Shown here piece by piece: positions 59,361 to 64,000 of a DNA stretch of 64,000 bases; position 1 is the first letter of the stretch; every line of letters starts with the position of its first letter. The stretch spans positions 132,501 to 196,500 of the forward strand of contig CAKOOJ010000002.1 in the NCBI GenBank assembly GCA_934098385.1, read 5' to 3'. The translations under genes and the position numbers were made by a program. The notes beneath the pieces are model-generated. The model ran no database searches, was not told the DNA's origin, and saw only the letters and a program-made list of their open reading frames with translations. This DNA is from an uncultured Bacilli bacterium. Its GTDB lineage: Bacteria > Bacillota_I > Bacilli_A > RF39 > UBA660.

Positions 59361-59639
59361 CTATTTGTTTGTAAATTCATAATAGTTTCTTTCTGATAAT
59401 TTATCTAGTAGTTCTTCTAGTTCTGGTATATCTTCTTCATAATCTAAAATATCTTCTATTTTAATCATTAAATCTCTTAGACTATTTGATGTTTCATAAT
59501 CAATATTATATCTTTTGAGAATATCTATTTGATTATTGGTTAAATATAAATTTTCGTTTATTTTGATAAGTTTATTGTTTTCAAAGTCAATATTATTTAA
59601 TATGTCATTTATTTCTTCATTCATTTTTATCATCCTCAA
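59361..59639 (-). CDS. Hypothetical acidic 92-aa protein
   Basis: ORF only; overlaps the upstream gene's end by 23 nt, so probably co-transcribed. Confidence 0.35.
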   Translation of the reverse strand: MRMIKMNEEINDILNNIDFENNKLIKINENLYLTNNQIDILKRYNIDYETSNSLRDLMIKIEDILDYEEDIPELEELLDKLSERNYYEFTNK

Positions 59640-60033
59640 ATATATTGTTGTTAATTATAATGTTATAATTGTTGTCTATTGTTCCTTTGATTGTTTTAGA
59701 AAATGTTACTATATTATTTTTTATTGATAAGTTTCCTTCATAGTAATTGGTTGTGCAGTTATTGTCTGTTAAACTCATTGTATATGATTTATCTTTATTT
59801 ATTATTATATAATCTTTAGTATTACATTCTGTAATATTTGTTTTTTTACCTACTATTTTATTTATGTTTACTGCATTAATGTATGGAATCAACTCGTTAT
59901 AAGTTAAATAAATAACAAGTGTTATTAGTAGAATAGTTATTAATATTATGAGTATTTTTAAGGGATTAGTTTTTTTCTTTTCTACATATGGTAGAGAATC
60001 AATGTTTCTTATTTTTTGTTTCAAGATTGTCAT
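59617..60033 (-). CDS. Hypothetical membrane-anchored 138-aa protein
   Basis: N-terminal TM (ILIILITILLITLVIYLTY), small extracytoplasmic domain with two Cys. Confidence 0.4.
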   Translation of the reverse strand: MTILKQKIRNIDSLPYVEKKKTNPLKILIILITILLITLVIYLTYNELIPYINAVNINKIVGKKTNITECNTKDYIIINKDKSYTMSLTDNNCTTNYYEGNLSIKNNIVTFSKTIKGTIDNNYNIIINNNIFEDDKNE

Positions 60034-60173
60034 ATAATCACTTCCTAGAAATATTATAATATAAATTTATTAAACAAACTAGCATTATATTATTTTTTTA
60101 GAAACTTAGATAAAACAATTGTTTTCATATAAAAAATATGGTATACTTTTTATAGTATGGGAGGCTAGATATT

Positions 60174-61136
60174 ATGTATATCAATTCCTTTATAACAGAG
60201 TTATCTAAGAAAATAGATACTGTTGATGAGCAGTTAAAAGATTTTCAAAGTAAGATGGATAGAATAAATGATGTTAAAAATATGCTTACATTGAAAACAT
60301 TAAAGGATATAGATGATTTAAAAGGGGAGGATTTGGCCTTAATTGATAAAGATGACTTCATGAAAATATTAGAAGTATTTAATTTCGATGAAAAAGAAGA
60401 AAAGATGAAAATTTTCTTTAATGCTAGTGTTAGTATTAAAGTTAATCAAAAGCTTGCTAGTGATGGAGAAATTGATGTTGATAATAAAGAACAGGTATCT
60501 ACATATGTTAATTGGCTAAATGAACAAATAAAATACATTAAAGAATATATAAAAGATTTTAATAATAATAATAAAGAATATTATAATAGTTTAAAAATAA
60601 GTGATACTTTATATAAGAAATATATAAGTTATTTTAAAAATGATAAATTAATTAAACCTATATATGATATAGAAGAATTTAATGAAGTTCTTAAAAAGAG
60701 TGGAATTATAACTAGTGAAAAGTGGCAAATTTTAGAATATATTGGTGAAAAAAATATAGATTTTGCTAGAAAAAGTGAAGCTGATAAAAAGAATGATATT
60801 ATAGAATATAGTGATGAAGAAATATTATCGTTTGTTGACAGTATTTTGATTAGAGAAAAAAATTTAATTAATAATATTACTAGTGAAATATTAAAAACAT
60901 CTTTAGAAATAATGGATTATGATGATGAAAAGTTAGAAAAAATGAATTTAACTAATGATATGTTGGTTAAATATCAAAAGGTTCCTATATTAGATACAAT
61001 GAATAAGATGTATAAGGAAACTAAAATGATGCTAAAGGAAGATAAAGATAGTGATGCTATTAAAATAGAGAAGAATTTAAAAGATTTACTTGAATTAGTA
61101 GACAGCTACGACGTTATTAAAAAAATTGAAAGTTAG
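60174..61136 (+). CDS. Hypothetical 320-aa helical/coiled-coil protein (operon gene 1)
   Basis: RBS GGGAGG; extended -10 TGGTATACT upstream. K/E/D-rich, no TM, no catalytic motif. Confidence 0.5.
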   Translation: MYINSFITELSKKIDTVDEQLKDFQSKMDRINDVKNMLTLKTLKDIDDLKGEDLALIDKDDFMKILEVFNFDEKEEKMKIFFNASVSIKVNQKLASDGEIDVDNKEQVSTYVNWLNEQIKYIKEYIKDFNNNNKEYYNSLKISDTLYKKYISYFKNDKLIKPIYDIEEFNEVLKKSGIITSEKWQILEYIGEKNIDFARKSEADKKNDIIEYSDEEILSFVDSILIREKNLINNITSEILKTSLEIMDYDDEKLEKMNLTNDMLVKYQKVPILDTMNKMYKETKMMLKEDKDSDAIKIEKNLKDLLELVDSYDVIKKIES

Positions 61137-61147
61137 GAGGTTATATC

Positions 61148-62062
61148 TTGGAATTTATTAATGTATTATTAGAATATTTTTCTATGTTTAAAAAATATGA
61201 AGAGTTTAATGAAAATGATAAAAGTATTTTGAAGAATATAGATAATATTATTAATATTTTAAATAATGTTAAAAATCGTACTGATAAAATTCAATATATT
61301 ACTAATTATAAAGAGGTTAGTAAGATTGCTACTAGATGTGATATAAGTAGTATATTGGATGATTATTTGAAAGAAAAATATGATATAACAAAGGATAGTG
61401 TTAGTGGTTATCTAAAAGATATTGTTAATAATATAAATAAAGGTATAGATTTTATTATGTATGATATTATGCTTAATTTAAATAGGTATAATATATATTT
61501 GATGAATAAGAAAGTTAAATCACAAGATATACCAATTACTTCTGATATTAATTTTAATACTATTGATGTTAAATTAAAAGATGTATTAAGTTATTTGGAA
61601 GTTAGTGAAAACGATATAGATAAAGATTTATTAAGTGATTTAAGTAAATATGTTAATCTAGATAAATTTAAATCTTTTGCTATAAGTATTAAGACTGATA
61701 GTGGTATGAGAAGAGTTTTATTTGATAAATTAGAAGATAAAAATGTTTTAATTAGTATTATGCTTCATTCAAGTTTAGAAAATGTTGATAATATTATTAA
61801 AATTTTTATGAGTGAAAATGCTAATATTAATAAAGTTGTTTCAAATATTCCTTCTATATTTATTAAAGATTTGGTTAGTAGCAAATGCAAATATAATTGT
61901 GTTATGTGTAATTACGATAACTTTGTTAATAATTATAGTTTAATTAAGGAAAATGGCGTGGATTTTAAGAAAATGCTTAATTTTGATATTTTCTTTATAA
62001 ATGATTTTAATGTTAATAGGGGTTTAGTAGATAAATTAAATAAAATGGAGGTAAGTAATTAA
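61148..62062 (+). CDS. Hypothetical 304-aa helical-repeat protein (operon gene 2)
   Basis: RBS AGGAGG. TTG start. Repeating L..L...(G/N)(I/V)....I..I....P.(I/L)F pattern, for example NIIKIFMSENANINKVVSNIPSIFIKD. Confidence 0.5.
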   Translation: MEFINVLLEYFSMFKKYEEFNENDKSILKNIDNIINILNNVKNRTDKIQYITNYKEVSKIATRCDISSILDDYLKEKYDITKDSVSGYLKDIVNNINKGIDFIMYDIMLNLNRYNIYLMNKKVKSQDIPITSDINFNTIDVKLKDVLSYLEVSENDIDKDLLSDLSKYVNLDKFKSFAISIKTDSGMRRVLFDKLEDKNVLISIMLHSSLENVDNIIKIFMSENANINKVVSNIPSIFIKDLVSSKCKYNCVMCNYDNFVNNYSLIKENGVDFKKMLNFDIFFINDFNVNRGLVDKLNKMEVSN

Positions 62063-62736
62063 TGGGGGCAATATGTAAAAATGTTTTAGAACATGTAGGT
62101 GGTATTTTAGTTAGTAATCCTAATGTTGTTTTTGAAAATATACATGTTTTAAATAGATATGGTATTAGTTTATCTAATGATAGTAATAATAATGGTTACG
62201 TAATACTAGGTATGCAATCTTTACCTCTTAGATTAGATTATTTAATTGAAAAAGGATTATGGAAAAAAAGTGATGGTGTTAGTTTAGATAATATTGATTT
62301 TATCAGAGGACTTAACATACAAAAGACATATGGAGAAGCAAAAACTTGCAAAGATAAATCACTTTATGGTAAAATAGATAGTACTTCGTCTGATGAAGAG
62401 GTTTTACTTAATAAAATGTTTGTTAATGAAAACTTTGATGAAGTACGTTTAGAAAATTTCTTTAATGACCATAATGTAATAAAGAACATAGTTTCAGAAC
62501 TTGATAACAAATACTTAAATAAAGAAGGAACTTATTCTTTTGGAGTACATGTAGTTAGTAGAGAAAGAGTTTTACGTAATTTATGTAATTATAGAGGGAA
62601 AGAAAAAGACTTGGATATGTTTGTTAGTTGTTTAAAATATAAAAATAATGTAGCAAATATAGAAGAAGTTATTAATGCAGTAAAACCTCTATTAGAAATG
62701 GGTGAGGAAAGTGTTAAGTTATCTCAAAGAATATGA
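62062..62736 (+). CDS. Hypothetical 224-aa helical-repeat protein (operon gene 3)
   Basis: TAATG overlap with gene 2. ILVSNPNVVFENIHVLNRYGISLS and LGMQSLPLRLDYLIEKGL repeats about 31 aa apart. Confidence 0.5.
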   Translation: MGAICKNVLEHVGGILVSNPNVVFENIHVLNRYGISLSNDSNNNGYVILGMQSLPLRLDYLIEKGLWKKSDGVSLDNIDFIRGLNIQKTYGEAKTCKDKSLYGKIDSTSSDEEVLLNKMFVNENFDEVRLENFFNDHNVIKNIVSELDNKYLNKEGTYSFGVHVVSRERVLRNLCNYRGKEKDLDMFVSCLKYKNNVANIEEVINAVKPLLEMGEESVKLSQRI

Positions 62737-63007
62737 TTTAAGTGATGATCAGATTAAAGATATAATTAATACTTATGATAATGTTCTTCTTAAGAATTTA
62801 AATTTTTCTAAGAGAAACGTTAAGGAAATTATAAAATATTTAAAAGATTTTGGTGTGGAAGATATTTATAATGTTATTAAAAATAGAATAGATTTATTTT
62901 TCTTACCATTATCATTAGTTAAGCAAAATTTTACTAAATTAGATAAAAATATGCTTTTATATTTATTAAATAATTCTATAGATGATTTAATAAATTATAA
63001 TATTTAG
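62702..63007 (+). CDS. Hypothetical 101-aa helical-repeat protein (operon gene 4)
   Basis: YLKEYDLSDDQIKDIINTYDNVLL and YLKDFGVEDIYNVIKNRIDLFFL repeats. Overlaps the end of gene 3; the exact start (GTG at 62702 or 62711) is uncertain. Confidence 0.45.
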   Translation: MRKVLSYLKEYDLSDDQIKDIINTYDNVLLKNLNFSKRNVKEIIKYLKDFGVEDIYNVIKNRIDLFFLPLSLVKQNFTKLDKNMLLYLLNNSIDDLINYNI

Positions 63008-63097
63008 ATGACTGCCTATGGTGGTTGTTTTTTTGATAATTAATTTTGATAATTATAAAGTATATTGTATAATTAATTTGATAGTGATGGTGGTAGT

Positions 63098-64000
63098 ATG
63101 GATATAAAAGAAAAGGCAAAATTATTTGCAATAAATGCACATTATGGACAAGTAAGAAAAAATGAAAGAGATAAATCTATGATTATTCATCCGATTAATG
63201 TTGCAAATATTTTGAGTGAATATGATTTTGATGATAATGTTATAGCTGCGGGTTATTTGCATGATGTAGTTGAAGATACTAAATATGAAGATAAAGATAT
63301 ATTAAAAGAATTTGGAAAAGATATTTTATCGCTTGTAATGGGTGATAGTGAACCAGATAAAAAATTATCTTGGGAAGAAAGAAAGCAATATACAATAGAT
63401 GAAGTTAAAACATTAGATATTAGGCATAAAGCAGTTGTTTGTGCTGATAAAATATCGAATTTAGAAGACTTACAAATAGTATTTGAAAAAAATGGTAAAT
63501 ATGATTTTTCAAATTTTAATAGAGGATATGAAAAGCAAAAGTGGTATTTTACTTCACTTTATGATAGTTTAATATTAAATGAAGATGAAAATTTTGAAAT
63601 GTTTAAAAGATTAAGAAGGTTAATTGATGAAATTTTTAGTGACGTTAATAACTTTGGGATACTAGATAATGTGTTTAAAGATAATGAAAAAGAAATTAGA
63701 ATGTTGAAAAAAATTCATTATCAAAAACAGGAGATTAAAAAATTATCTACTATATTTAATTTTAAACCATATGTTATAGAGTTTACTGGTACACCTAGAA
63801 CTGGAAAAACTACATTAATAAATAATTTAAAAGATTTTTTTAAAAAAGGTAAATTTAGTGTTGATATTTTAGAGGAGTTTACTACTTCTGATAATTATAA
63901 GAAAAATATTTATCCAAAGTTAAAAAATCATTATACTAGTGTTGTTAATTTTGAAATACCTAAATATGTTTTAAAACAGTTGAATGAAACAATTGAATGT
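63098..64000 (+). CDS. SpoT/RelA-type HD (HD_4) hydrolase domain fused to a P-loop NTPase/kinase-like domain; partial (runs off window end)
   Basis: My translation: AINAHYGQVRKNERDKSMIIHPINVANIL...AAGYLHDVVEDT...SWEERK...VVCADKISNL (HD_4 pattern), then about 100 aa later EFTGTPRTGKTTLINNL (Walker A GxxxxGKT). Open frame to base 64000. Confidence 0.7.
   Translation, partial: MDIKEKAKLFAINAHYGQVRKNERDKSMIIHPINVANILSEYDFDDNVIAAGYLHDVVEDTKYEDKDILKEFGKDILSLVMGDSEPDKKLSWEERKQYTIDEVKTLDIRHKAVVCADKISNLEDLQIVFEKNGKYDFSNFNRGYEKQKWYFTSLYDSLILNEDENFEMFKRLRRLIDEIFSDVNNFGILDNVFKDNEKEIRMLKKIHYQKQEIKKLSTIFNFKPYVIEFTGTPRTGKTTLINNLKDFFKKGKFSVDILEEFTTSDNYKKNIYPKLKNHYTSVVNFEIPKYVLKQLNETIEC

Noticed and set aside
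1-64000. Possibility of genetic code 4 (TGA = Trp), given the mollicute-like AT content and tmRNA tag
   Set aside because: TGA terminates several well-defined genes exactly where the next gene's RBS and start begin (rnpA at 771, recF at 5930, the methyltransferase at 16457, 33576-35114 at 35114). Conserved Trp positions that I checked use TGG.

Overview
Very AT-rich (about one quarter G+C by eye, not computed) Bacillota/Firmicutes-type chromosome segment beginning at the replication origin. The standard genetic code applies: TGA ends rnpA, recF and the NPPY methyltransferase, so this is not a code-4 mollicute. Bases 1-25,000 are a compacted version of the Bacillus subtilis origin-proximal gene order. 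It runs yidC<rnpA<rpmH | DnaA boxes | dnaA-dnaN-comK-recF-gyrB-gyrA | four perfect parS palindromes | SRP RNA-tadA-dnaX-ybaB-recR-bofA-holB-yaaT-yabB-pth-mfd-spoVT-tatD-3D protein-rsmA-yabG-spoVG-yabP-yabQ-divIC-tmRNA. This is the gene set of an endospore former. After the tmRNA, synteny breaks. The rest of the window mixes hypothetical or accessory genes with housekeeping genes (tRNA-Cys, mgtC, perR-rbr, htpG, ABC-F, hsp20, lipid kinase, yfhO, ackA, typA, femAB-like, secG-rnr-smpB). The candidates I consider most worth follow-up, all unverified, are listed here.
1. Two tandem ~323-bp modules at 49.28-49.98 kb. Each encodes a 24-aa hydrophobic peptide, a convergent antisense sRNA with its own promoter and terminator, and a nested 5'/3' end-pairing mRNA fold. 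Together they look like an undescribed type I toxin-antitoxin pair.
2. A dedicated four-site parS centromere block downstream of gyrA.
3. A translationally coupled four-gene operon (60.2-63.0 kb) of helical-repeat proteins with mTERF-like periodicity, followed by a SpoT-type HD / P-loop fusion.
4. A large HEPN-like (Rx6H) protein directly after the tmRNA.
5. An XRE / Cys-rich small protein / bitopic membrane protein module that uses a duplicated 22-nt promoter-operator.
No CRISPR array, rRNA gene, transposase or integrase was seen.
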